Position numbers and translations under genes: made by a program. DNA of 64,000 bases. Origin: a virus. Positions 55,678 to 64,000 of this stretch are shown here, in pieces; the stretch's first letter is position 1, and every line of letters begins with the position of its first letter. The notes under the pieces were generated by a model. That model was given only the letters and a program-made list of their open reading frames with translations. It was not told where the DNA came from and searched no databases. Where the stretch lies: the IMG/VR virus record IMGVR_UViG_3300037222_000066. One strand, written 5' to 3'.

Positions 55678-58428
55678 TTAGACCCCCCTCAATTCTTTAA
55701 CCGTAGGCGCCATTTGGATATTGGAGATATCCACCCTGGCATTTACTCTCACTTGCCAGAACTCGTATTTCTGGCCAGAGTTGATCCGCAGCAGCTCGCC
55801 TGACGATACCAGCTCCCGGGTCGTGACCAGGTTGCCATCGCCGTACACGCTGATAATCCCATACTGCCCGGGGTCGAGGGTACTCCAACTTCCATCGTCC
55901 GCGGCTGCCTCGTTACGCTTGGCATTCTGTGCGGGCGTCCCGGGTGGGATGCTAAAGAAGACCCGCATGGCCGCCAGGTTGTCCTTGAATTTCTGCTGAT
56001 ATACCTTACTGGTCCAGATATACGGCTGTATAGTAGGAACCGCGTCTGTAAAGTCATAGTAGTTAATGTTGCCCTGCTGGAGCAACATAGTAATACCGGT
56101 CCACGGATCATTAATTATATTGGCTATATCTTGGCCGTTTGGCGCCGTCAGCTGGCTAAACCCGATGCGATGGCCGCCAGGCTGTGGCCAAATAGTGAAT
56201 GACGAGCTATCTGCCGCGTTCAATTCAATCGTGAACCCGTTCTGGGCCTGTGATGCATCACCGTCGGCGCCGATAGTCCCGAAGGCAAAATAGCACGATG
56301 ACTGCATGACGGCAAGCAAGTTTTTCTGCGGGGTCAACTGGGCCCATTTATCCCGCGTGATCCACATTTCAGTGGTGTTCACCATCGGGCCGGTAGTCAC
56401 GATTTTGATCAGGCCCTTCGTGCTGGAATAATACACGCCTTCACTGGTAGCCAGGATGGACCCACGCGACGTACACGGGGCGCTCTCCGGGAACTTGAGT
56501 AAGGTCATGCTACCTGGGTTGACACCGGAGGCAGCGTAAGGGGCACCGTTCGTCGCGGCTACTACGGACGTACCAATTATCCCGAGACCTACAATAGGGA
56601 ATTCCGTGGTGATGACATACCCCGGCGGCCATGCATGCGGTCGATACGGCTCGGAGAACCATATCTCGTTGTCACGGAACCCGACGGACATGCCATTCGG
56701 CATAGCGACAATACCGTTGACACCTTGCTCCGGTGGGAACCAGGTTGTGCTGGGCAGTTGAAAATTCTGCGCGATGATTGCACCAGACCAGGTATCGTCA
56801 ACCTGCAAGGTACCCGTAGACACTAAAGTGCCATCAGTAGCTTGAGCGTCAATGGCCGTTGTAACCGAGTTAGAGGCAATATCAATATCGCCCACCCAGA
56901 AAAATACTGTTGATCCAGTGAGAGCGGACACCGTTCGATAAATTCTAATCGTGGTTATATTTCGTACTACCCCCATGTCATCCGGCACGGGGGGCGTCAT
57001 CTTAATCGTCCAAGTACCATTGGACCAGCCGGTAGTGAGCGTCGGCGGGCTAGGCGGGCTCTCCTCCCCATATGCAGACAACCAGGTGTACACATAGGCT
57101 CGCACGTCCAAGATTGAAGACGTAGTACAGTTCGCCCACATTTGGAAATCGGGAGTAGCGGTAGAGCCAGAGAAAATACCCGGGGGCCCGTTGGTCCAAG
57201 TGTTCGATTGCTGTAAGCCGCCGCCGGCCCCAACGTCATTAGCCTTCTGAAAACCAACGGCTGTGTCGGTCATGAAACCGATCCAGTATTTCGTGGCATT
57301 CAACAGCCCTGGCGGCTGGGAGAACTGACTTATGATCGGCACGCCGGTCATGCAGCCAGTAATAATGCCACCAAATGAGACCAAAGTGCCCGGAGCCCCT
57401 AGATTATCTGAGTAGAGCACGGCAGCAAATTTGCCAGTCGTGGTGGGTGAGGCGGGCATAATCTCTATACTATCCAAAGACATAGCCCCGGTAGTGGTAA
57501 TTGGTGCAACCCATATTGTATTGGCGCCGGGCACATTATCATTGATCGACGTGGACGTAGGCAAACCTAGCAATGTCTGGTTGCCGCCCCCCGCAACGGA
57601 GACAGCCGGAGCAACACCAGGGGGGTATAGCCCTAGCGCCCAAGCGGGCAAGCCCGCGACAATGCGGTCATAGGTGTTGTACTGCGGTGCCAATGAAGGG
57701 CTAGAGAAATAATAGCGGTTGAATTTGTCATCGACCACCGGTGACCGCATTACCTCGGTTTCCTGGTCCAGGAACTCCAACCAGGTAGCTGGTCCGGTGA
57801 TCGTGCTGTCAAATGACTTATTCACGCCTCCAACATACGAAGGGTGTACCCAACTCATACGAGCACCGCCAGTGCTCTCGGTTGTCGTAGTACCATTGTA
57901 TGCGGCACCAGGATCATCGGCTACCACGTTAATACCGCCAGGGAAACCGCCGCCGCCGCTACTAATCGCGAAAGAGTTCTTCGTGGTGGGTGTGGTCCGG
58001 TCAACCGCCATGTTGGCATATGTACCAGTGCCATAAAGAGTACCAGCGCCGGCGGACAAAGTGATTGCAGCAAATAAATTTATCGCGCAAGCGTTTCCAT
58101 CAACACCAATTAATACATCAAATGGGTTCACCAAGGCGGCAACGAACTTGTAGGTCACCTCCCCGATTTTTACCGTGTCACCGGCTAGTGGGAGGACGTT
58201 GATAGACAACGTGTTGCCGGCCACAGCACTGGTTATCACCGGCACGCGATAGGCAAATTTGGCCGCGGAGTTTGTCAGGGCACGCAACAGTTTGGGGAGC
58301 CGCCATCCAGTACAGCTACCGGAGAACAGATAACCATTGGTAGATTGCGCGGCCTGACCCTCGGGCAACAACGTTGTGTCCCAGGCCGGTAGCATTCCTC
58401 CGAACTGTTGAATTTTAATCGGGGCCAA
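55678..58428 (-). CDS. tail spike/fiber protein candidate (916 aa)
   Basis: Large beta-rich Thr/Gly/Ser composition, adjacent to the lysis and fibre genes. Confidence 0.45.
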   Translation of the reverse strand: MAPIKIQQFGGMLPAWDTTLLPEGQAAQSTNGYLFSGSCTGWRLPKLLRALTNSAAKFAYRVPVITSAVAGNTLSINVLPLAGDTVKIGEVTYKFVAALVNPFDVLIGVDGNACAINLFAAITLSAGAGTLYGTGTYANMAVDRTTPTTKNSFAISSGGGGFPGGINVVADDPGAAYNGTTTTESTGGARMSWVHPSYVGGVNKSFDSTITGPATWLEFLDQETEVMRSPVVDDKFNRYYFSSPSLAPQYNTYDRIVAGLPAWALGLYPPGVAPAVSVAGGGNQTLLGLPTSTSINDNVPGANTIWVAPITTTGAMSLDSIEIMPASPTTTGKFAAVLYSDNLGAPGTLVSFGGIITGCMTGVPIISQFSQPPGLLNATKYWIGFMTDTAVGFQKANDVGAGGGLQQSNTWTNGPPGIFSGSTATPDFQMWANCTTSSILDVRAYVYTWLSAYGEESPPSPPTLTTGWSNGTWTIKMTPPVPDDMGVVRNITTIRIYRTVSALTGSTVFFWVGDIDIASNSVTTAIDAQATDGTLVSTGTLQVDDTWSGAIIAQNFQLPSTTWFPPEQGVNGIVAMPNGMSVGFRDNEIWFSEPYRPHAWPPGYVITTEFPIVGLGIIGTSVVAATNGAPYAASGVNPGSMTLLKFPESAPCTSRGSILATSEGVYYSSTKGLIKIVTTGPMVNTTEMWITRDKWAQLTPQKNLLAVMQSSCYFAFGTIGADGDASQAQNGFTIELNAADSSSFTIWPQPGGHRIGFSQLTAPNGQDIANIINDPWTGITMLLQQGNINYYDFTDAVPTIQPYIWTSKVYQQKFKDNLAAMRVFFSIPPGTPAQNAKRNEAAADDGSWSTLDPGQYGIISVYGDGNLVTTRELVSSGELLRINSGQKYEFWQVRVNARVDISNIQMAPTVKELRGV

Positions 58429-58429
58429 T

Positions 58430-58849
58430 TTAATTCTCCTCGATATAGTTCGCTGCCGCGTGCAACAGATCAGGATTATCGAGGAAGCGGCCTAAACCTG
58501 TATTGCAGTTAAGACAAAGAATACCCCGAACGAAACCTATACTCCCCTTAGATTTGCGCGGATTATGATCTGTGTGCCACCCGCGCGATTTCGCGCCATG
58601 CTCGCTAGTACGACATATTTTACATCGCCCCCCTTGTGCAGCTAATAGTTCATCACGCTGCTCAACGGTTATGCCATATGCGTGTTCAAATGCATATCGC
58701 AGCCTCGCTGTACGGTTGTTGACATAGCTACGTTTCTTTTGCGCCCGTTCTTTATCCGGGTGTGCCAACCGCCAACGCTTTCTATAAGCCCGACCCTTTT
58801 CGGAGCGTGCCCATTTTCCCCTAGCTTTTCGGTACACAGCGGTCGTCAT
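58430..58849 (-). CDS. HNH endonuclease, endonuclease VII family (139 aa)
   Basis: CKIC...HTDH...VRGILCLNCN motif. Confidence 0.7.
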   Translation of the reverse strand: MTTAVYRKARGKWARSEKGRAYRKRWRLAHPDKERAQKKRSYVNNRTARLRYAFEHAYGITVEQRDELLAAQGGRCKICRTSEHGAKSRGWHTDHNPRKSKGSIGFVRGILCLNCNTGLGRFLDNPDLLHAAANYIEEN

Positions 58850-58852
58850 TGG

Positions 58853-59221
58853 TTATAACGTCTTTGCGTTCAGCTTCGTGCCTTGTTTCATGTTGGGGAC
58901 ATAATCTTTCGGGCGATAGACCGGTGTGCTCGTACCCTGTGAGGGGTCGCGCTTGGGCACTGGCCGGTTCTTCTGGGCCTCGGCGGCTAGTGCAACACGC
59001 TTGGCGCCTTCCGCCATTTCCAGTTGGGTCTGGGTCGCAATGGCCGCCGGCACGGGAGGGGGAATATACGGCGGCTCTACCTTGTTCCGGTTAGCCAGAA
59101 CCTTGGTAACGAAGTCGTCGCGCCGGATCGTGGCCGCGTCGCGGGTAGCGATCTCGGGCTCAGGACTTGCCTGCGTTGGCTGATCCGCTGGCAGATGCAG
59201 TTTCGGTCGGTCCGTTGGCAT
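58853..59221 (-). CDS. hypothetical protein (122 aa)
   Basis: Co-oriented ORF. Confidence 0.4.
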   Translation of the reverse strand: MPTDRPKLHLPADQPTQASPEPEIATRDAATIRRDDFVTKVLANRNKVEPPYIPPPVPAAIATQTQLEMAEGAKRVALAAEAQKNRPVPKRDPSQGTSTPVYRPKDYVPNMKQGTKLNAKTL

Positions 59222-59412
59222 CGGTATCTCCTACGTTGGTGGGTTTTATAGCGGAAGCATTGAATGCGCCCCCAGTAGCGGCTTCGCGGGCTCCGTGGTC
59301 CTTGTGTTCAGCCCGGCCCTGGGAAAAGAGAATACGCGGCCGAGCGGACGATACTGCTATCGCCGCGGCCAAGGTAGCGTGAGGAGCCTTAAGCTTTTGT
59401 TTACGGGGCATT

Positions 59413-59640
59413 TTAGGCCCTGTTTATCAGCTCACAAGCGGGTTTTACCCGCGCCTCAAATTGATCAAAGGTAGGGTCATCCTTGCCCAGCTGGATCAAC
59501 AAAGTCAGAATATCTAGCTTCCCGTTGTTAGCAACATAGGTTTCGCAGACCTCTTTGGTCTGAAAAGCCAGGCCTTTTCGCTCATACCGGTGCGTTGCTG
59601 CGGTGGCAGATATTGCCAGATACACGACCATTTCAAACAT
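59413..59640 (-). CDS. hypothetical protein (75 aa; internal start chosen to abut the neighbouring gene)
   Basis: The longer ORF call would overlap 59642-59905 by 56 nt. Confidence 0.3.
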   Translation of the reverse strand: MFEMVVYLAISATAATHRYERKGLAFQTKEVCETYVANNGKLDILTLLIQLGKDDPTFDQFEARVKPACELINRA

Positions 59641-59641
59641 G

Positions 59642-59905
59642 TCAGAACCCCGGACAGTGCAGGCTGATCCCCAGCCTGTTGCGTGCGGCCAGATCACGGC
59701 CCAGCACGTTGCCGGCTATTCGGCCGTGCTTGTTGCTGGTGGTGTTGTAACGGATAGCGCCGGGCGCGGTGGGCAGGGCATTAGCTCCAAGAGCTTCGCA
59801 CACGTTGGATATGTCGCCCTGGGTGCCACTCGTGGTCACGCACCCGCCAGGGTTAGCCGCGCCCATGAGCAGCACGGACGCTGCTAGGAGGAAATACCGC
59901 TTCAT
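59642..59905 (-). CDS. secreted/lipoprotein-like protein, o-spanin candidate (87 aa)
   Basis: Signal peptide MKRYFLLAASVLLMGAANPGGC with Cys right after the cleavage region; sits in the lysis cassette. Confidence 0.35.
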   Translation of the reverse strand: MKRYFLLAASVLLMGAANPGGCVTTSGTQGDISNVCEALGANALPTAPGAIRYNTTSNKHGRIAGNVLGRDLAARNRLGISLHCPGF

Positions 59906-59906
59906 A

Positions 59907-60248
59907 TCAGTTCTCCGGGTTGTCGAAAGGGTCAGGAGCCGTTGAAGGCTGTATGGCCTTATTGACTTTCTTGTGGACGGTATTGGTGATGACCACTTGC
60001 TTGTCCACGCAGGCTTGGTTGCTCAAATGCACGATGTAGCTCATGAACACCATCACGCCGGCGGTGACTAAGGCTATCCAGATCAGGTCATTTCGGAGCG
60101 GCCTGAGCCAATTTGCAACCGTGACACCAAGAATGTCGGTGAAGAAGTAGAGCACGATGCAGGCGGCAATGATGACACCGCCGATGCCATATGGCAGGAT
60201 GAAGTGCTTGGCCGCGGCCCAGAAGATTTCAAAGGGTAACCAGAACAT
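59907..60248 (-). CDS. membrane protein of the lysis cassette (113 aa; holin/antiholin or i-spanin candidate)
   Basis: 2-3 predicted TM helices; immediately downstream of the endolysin. Confidence 0.4.
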   Translation of the reverse strand: MFWLPFEIFWAAAKHFILPYGIGGVIIAACIVLYFFTDILGVTVANWLRPLRNDLIWIALVTAGVMVFMSYIVHLSNQACVDKQVVITNTVHKKVNKAIQPSTAPDPFDNPEN

Positions 60249-60791
60249 TTAATCCTCCCGTAAACAGAGTACGCGCTCGGCGCGGCGTCGGTTCATCAAG
60301 CCCGGTAAGAACTTGTGGTTAGCTGTCGTAATCCCTGGTCTCACATCGTGGCCCTGTTCCTTTAAGTCCGCAACGTGATCCAGCGTTTCTCTTGAAGGGA
60401 CAAAATCCTCGCAGGCTTGTTCACTGCGGCCGGCGTTCAAATCGAGTAAGGTGGCCGACTTCTGGAAGTTACCGCAGCCAACGTTGTAGATATAGCTCAA
60501 CAGAGCAACGTGCCTGTGAGCTGGTAAATCTACCTTAACGTACCGCTGAATGCAAGTGTCATATTTGGGGAGGGCGCCCGAGAGCAGCTTTTGACACTGG
60601 ACCGGGGTAAACCGGTCCCCTGCTTTCAGGTTTTTCTGGTCATAATTGGTGATCCCATTACAGACCGTAATGACCCCTGGGGGGTCAATTCGCTCGTGTT
60701 TTGCTGTATAGCTGACACCTTCCCAGGTACACAGGAAGGTAAATGCCGCGGCAACGACGACCGGGGTGAGCGGGTTCCTTTGCTGGGCCAT
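60249..60791 (-). CDS. GH24 phage lysozyme (endolysin) with N-terminal SAR-like hydrophobic segment (180 aa)
   Basis: CTWEGVSYTAKHERIDPPGVITVCNGIT matches the E...D...T GH24 catalytic region; N-terminal PVVVAAAFTFL. Confidence 0.7.
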   Translation of the reverse strand: MAQQRNPLTPVVVAAAFTFLCTWEGVSYTAKHERIDPPGVITVCNGITNYDQKNLKAGDRFTPVQCQKLLSGALPKYDTCIQRYVKVDLPAHRHVALLSYIYNVGCGNFQKSATLLDLNAGRSEQACEDFVPSRETLDHVADLKEQGHDVRPGITTANHKFLPGLMNRRRAERVLCLRED

Positions 60792-61069
60792 TACGCTACC
60801 CCTGGTTGGTTAGTGAACCGCGCGATTGCAAATGTGACCGACATGAGCAACATGAGCGGGCCAAACCACAAAAGATTATCATAGGTAACGAACACCGGCA
60901 GAATGGTCAGGATACAACCAAAAGAGCCCCAGAACGCGGCCGCCCAGAGGGAATGCCATTTGTACGACGTGCGCCAGCCTGGGTCCAAATGGGCATCAGC
61001 TGCCTGAACCGCAGTTGTCTTAACGGCTAAAACAGCATCGGCAATGGGGGTGGGTTTTGGATCATCCAC
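60791..61069 (-). CDS. holin candidate (92 aa, two TM helices)
   Basis: Hydrophobic C-terminal half; immediately upstream of the endolysin with a 1-nt overlap. Confidence 0.45.
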   Translation of the reverse strand: MDDPKPTPIADAVLAVKTTAVQAADAHLDPGWRTSYKWHSLWAAAFWGSFGCILTILPVFVTYDNLLWFGPLMLLMSVTFAIARFTNQPGVA

Positions 61070-61071
61070 CG

Positions 61072-61494
61072 CTACACCGCGTCTTCGATCTCAGTGGCGA
61101 TATGCTTAACCTCGTCCTCGACCACTCGCAGTTCGGCCTCCACCCGGCTACCGAAAGACGGCTTTGCGACCGGCACCGCGGACGTGGCGACAATCACAGT
61201 AGCTGGCGGAACTACTACAGGTTGATTTGACACCGCCTGTTGGGCGTCGGCAGCGCGCGTGACTTCCGCCAGTTCCGCGACAATCGGGAGCTTAAACGCG
61301 TTCGGCGTCACAGACGTTGGGTCCAATACAGCAGCCTGAAAAACTTCCGGGGGCTGAGTTGAAGTGTCCGTCAAGTCCTTTAGGACAGCCTTGGCCTTGG
61401 CTTCCACTTCCTTCGCAACGGTAGCCGCTTCGGCCATTTCGCGGGCGGTCAATTCCTCAATCGGGGTCATGCTAGTTCTCCGGTTATGGCGCAA
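61072..61494 (-). CDS. hypothetical protein (140 aa)
   Basis: Co-oriented ORF. Confidence 0.4.
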   Translation of the reverse strand: MRHNRRTSMTPIEELTAREMAEAATVAKEVEAKAKAVLKDLTDTSTQPPEVFQAAVLDPTSVTPNAFKLPIVAELAEVTRAADAQQAVSNQPVVVPPATVIVATSAVPVAKPSFGSRVEAELRVVEDEVKHIATEIEDAV

Positions 61495-61765
61495 CTACGT
61501 GGAAGTTGATGGTGTCGTTGGTGACTTCCGTTGTATTGCTAGTGGCTACAACGGTAACGGTAAAGTCTTCATTAATAACTCCGCCGGACAGGAAAAACGT
61601 GATTTTGTGCCCCTCTATGATGGCTGTCCCGGATATCGTAGCATCCCCGGAACTCGACGTGACCGTGGCCGCGGTGAGCCAGTCGCCCTCGCGCAGCGCG
61701 TCGCAGTACTCAACGTAGTACTGCCTCACATTCCCTACCGTGTGGTTCTTTTTAGCCAGTAGCAT
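61484..61765 (-). CDS. hypothetical protein (93 aa)
   Basis: Co-oriented ORF. Confidence 0.4.
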   Translation of the reverse strand: MLLAKKNHTVGNVRQYYVEYCDALREGDWLTAATVTSSSGDATISGTAIIEGHKITFFLSGGVINEDFTVTVVATSNTTEVTNDTINFHVVAP

Positions 61766-61779
61766 TTTAATCCCCTATA

Positions 61780-62496
61780 TTATGGAGTTCGGATACCAAT
61801 TTGGAACGACATCCATTGCGCCGCAGTAATAGTCACAGAAAAGCCACCCGTTGCGCCAGCGGTAGGTTGAACTTTATCACAAACCGTTGATGACCCGTTA
61901 ACGGAATTATTAGTGGACCCTTCTAAGGTATACCCGGTGGGAGTTGGAATAGTTTGATTACTACTGATCACTCCTAAAATAGCGACTATCAGTTCATTGT
62001 TAAAGCCCGTTGTTATAGTTGTGCCTAATAATGCGGTTCCTACTATAGTGCTTCCCGCCGCTGAACTTACATCTATAGGGGTCGTTGGATGAGTGCCTGA
62101 GTATTGGAGAACTTGACTTATAATAGTGACTACAGTTTCAGTGGTGGACCATGTAGGAGCCACATCTGAGCCAGTAGCAACCCGCCAAGCCCAAGCACGG
62201 GCGTTTGCTTTAGACGAATTTGAATTTACTATAGTCCAACCGGTTGAAACGGTTAGCGCGGCACCAGTGCCGGTGCCGGTATTATTACAATAGGATAAAA
62301 GCAAATTGCCAGGAACGATTGATGCAGGGAGCGGCGGCACTTGATTATTTAAAACGCCGCTAGTGAATGTACCCGCGTTAACAAACTGTGGTGGCGCAGC
62401 CGCGCCCCAATCCATAAAAAGTGCTTGGTGCAACGGAGCAGCCATCGCGAGGATCGGTGCCGAAGTAGCCAGCAACATGTGCAATATCGACTTCAT
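61780..62496 (-). CDS. Ser/Thr/Asn-rich beta protein, possible fibre distal/receptor-binding component (238 aa)
   Basis: N-terminal signal-like segment; follows the collagen-like fibre gene with a 4-nt overlap. Confidence 0.4.
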   Translation of the reverse strand: MKSILHMLLATSAPILAMAAPLHQALFMDWGAAAPPQFVNAGTFTSGVLNNQVPPLPASIVPGNLLLSYCNNTGTGTGAALTVSTGWTIVNSNSSKANARAWAWRVATGSDVAPTWSTTETVVTIISQVLQYSGTHPTTPIDVSSAAGSTIVGTALLGTTITTGFNNELIVAILGVISSNQTIPTPTGYTLEGSTNNSVNGSSTVCDKVQPTAGATGGFSVTITAAQWMSFQIGIRTP

Positions 62497-63980
62497 GTCA
62501 CGCCGTTCCCAGAAATCAACCAGCCGGTGGAATTCAGCTTGACCGCAGACGCGATGCCGTAGCGCGCTAGAGCCCGGGTTCCTGTTGCACCTGACGTAGA
62601 CAGGTTCATCTGATCCGTTGTGATTGCAATCTGTCCACCGGTGTTTCCCATGTTAACAAATGTCAACACTGTTCCATTTACATACGGCACGCTACCGTTT
62701 GCTGGGATCGTAAACGTACAACCTGTCGCACCAGTTGGGTTCACAACCGCGCAGCCGGCATCGCCGGCTACCAGGGTATAAGTGCCAGTTTGGCTATTGA
62801 TTGGAATTTGGCCAGCACCAGTAGGCCCGGTAATTCCCGTTGGACCGGTGTTGCCGGTCGGACCAGCGCCACTGACCCCGGTTGGCCCAGTGATAGTGCT
62901 AGCCGCGCCGGTATTGCCGGTTGGGCCAGTCACGCCGCTGATCCCAGTCGGGCCAGTAACTGTACTCACCGCACCGGTTGGCCCAGTGTTGCCAGTCGGG
63001 CCAGCGCCACTGACCCCGGTTGGCCCAGTAACTGTGCTTGCCGCACCGACCGCGCCGGTATTGCCGGTCGGGCCAGTCACGACGCTCGCCGCGCCTACCG
63101 CGCCAGTATTGCCGGTCGGGCCAGTCACGACGCTCGCCGCGCCTACCGCGCCAGTATTGCCGGTTGGGCCAGTCACGACGCTCGCAGCGCCTACCGCGCC
63201 AGTATTGCCGGTATTGCCAGTTGGGCCAGTAACTGTGCTCGCCGCGCCTACCGCGCCAGTATTGCCGGTATTGCCAGTTGGGCCAGTAACTGTGCTCGCC
63301 GCGCCTACCGCGCCGGTATTGCCGGTTGGGCCAGTCACGCCGCTGATCCCAGTCGGGCCAGTAACTGTACTCACCGCACCGGTTGGCCCAGTGTTGCCAG
63401 TCGGGCCAGCGCCACTGACCCCGGTCGGGCCAGTCACGACGCTCGCCGCGCCTACCGCGCCAGTATTGCCGGTCGGGCCAGTCACGACGCTCGCCGCGCC
63501 TACCGCGCCAGTATTGCCGGTTGGGCCAGTCACGACGCTCGCAGCGCCTACCGCGCCAGTATTGCCGGTATTGCCAGTTGGGCCAGTAACTGTGCTCGCC
63601 GCGCCTACCGCGCCAGTATTGCCGGTATTGCCAGTTGGGCCAGTAACTGTGCTCGCCGCGCCTACCGCGCCGGTATTGCCGGTTGGGCCAGTCACGCCGC
63701 TGATCCCAGTCGGGCCAGTAACTGTACTCACCGCACCGGTTGGCCCAGTGTTGCCGGTCGGACCAGCGCCACTGACCCCGGTTGGCCCAGTGATAGTGCT
63801 AGCCGCGCCGGTATTGCCGGTTGGGCCAGTCACGCCGCTGATCCCAGTCGGGCCAGTAACTGTACTCACCGCACCGGTTGGCCCAGTGTTGCCAGTCGGG
63901 CCAGCGCCACTGACCCCGGTTGGCCCAGTAACTGTGCTTGCCGCACCGACCGCGCCGGTATTGCCGGTCGGGCCAGTCAC
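62493..63980 (-). CDS. collagen-like repeat tail fibre protein, 5-prime-partial (N-terminus beyond the window end)
   Basis: More than 450 aa of [13 protein letters not shown](T/V)VT repeats; non-repeat C-terminal 60 aa. Confidence 0.6.
   Translation of the reverse strand: MTGPTGNTGAVGAASTVTGPTGVSGAGPTGNTGPTGAVSTVTGPTGISGVTGPTGNTGAASTITGPTGVSGAGPTGNTGPTGAVSTVTGPTGISGVTGPTGNTGAVGAASTVTGPTGNTGNTGAVGAASTVTGPTGNTGNTGAVGAASVVTGPTGNTGAVGAASVVTGPTGNTGAVGAASVVTGPTGVSGAGPTGNTGPTGAVSTVTGPTGISGVTGPTGNTGAVGAASTVTGPTGNTGNTGAVGAASTVTGPTGNTGNTGAVGAASVVTGPTGNTGAVGAASVVTGPTGNTGAVGAASVVTGPTGNTGAVGAASTVTGPTGVSGAGPTGNTGPTGAVSTVTGPTGISGVTGPTGNTGAASTITGPTGVSGAGPTGNTGPTGITGPTGAGQIPINSQTGTYTLVAGDAGCAVVNPTGATGCTFTIPANGSVPYVNGTVLTFVNMGNTGGQIAITTDQMNLSTSGATGTRALARYGIASAVKLNSTGWLISGNGVT
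62821..63980 (-). repeat. nested tandem repeats in the fibre gene: about 48-bp (16-aa) units inside a roughly 900-bp segmental duplication
   Basis: The segment at about 62869-63060 recurs nearly identically at about 63769-63960. Confidence 0.7.
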
Positions 63981-64000
63981 GACGCTCGCCGCGCCTACCG

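Overview
This window reads as most of a lytic, Gram-negative-infecting phage genome (podovirus-like replication module). It has three transcription blocks. (i) Minus strand, 1-22,670: small early/regulatory genes at 17.9-22.7 kb, then a head-gene block running leftward: portal candidate, sulfotransferase, two collagen-like proteins, an HNH endonuclease, a GT2-TPR glycosyltransferase, two tandem paralogs, a SAM methyltransferase, an NAD-dependent sugar epimerase/dehydratase, small Gly/Lys-rich proteins, scaffold, major capsid and three further structural genes. A plus-strand island (14.9-17.8 kb) sits inside this block and encodes a terminase small-subunit candidate, a DEDDh exonuclease and the terminase large subunit. 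(ii) A ~1.1 kb non-coding control region (22.7-23.7 kb) with an AT-rich promoter zone, inverted arrays of a 12-bp iteron flanking an AT-rich core, and a reiterated TTCCCACGC motif. (iii) A plus-strand early/replication block (23.7-44.3 kb): many small ORFs, a Cys-rich 547-aa protein, an M20/M28-like peptidase, two tandem tRNA-like elements, a family A DNA polymerase split by an HNH endonuclease gene, an HD hydrolase, a Cas4-like nuclease, a CHAP-domain protein, a VRR-NUC nuclease, an SNF2-like helicase and a 992-aa primase-polymerase/SF3 helicase. (iv) Minus strand, 44.3-64 kb: SPFH protein, three very large low-complexity virion proteins (1728, 859 and 669 aa), a 916-aa tail spike/fiber, a fifth HNH endonuclease, a lysis cassette (holin, SAR GH24 endolysin, membrane and lipoprotein partners) and a highly repetitive collagen-like tail fiber that runs off the window. 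No integrase, repressor or phage RNA polymerase is visible. The most unusual content is a complete sugar-modification plus sulfation cassette embedded among the virion genes next to collagen-like proteins. Also notable are five free-standing HNH endonuclease genes of two families, one of which splits polA. All functional calls are made by eye from motifs, without database searches.
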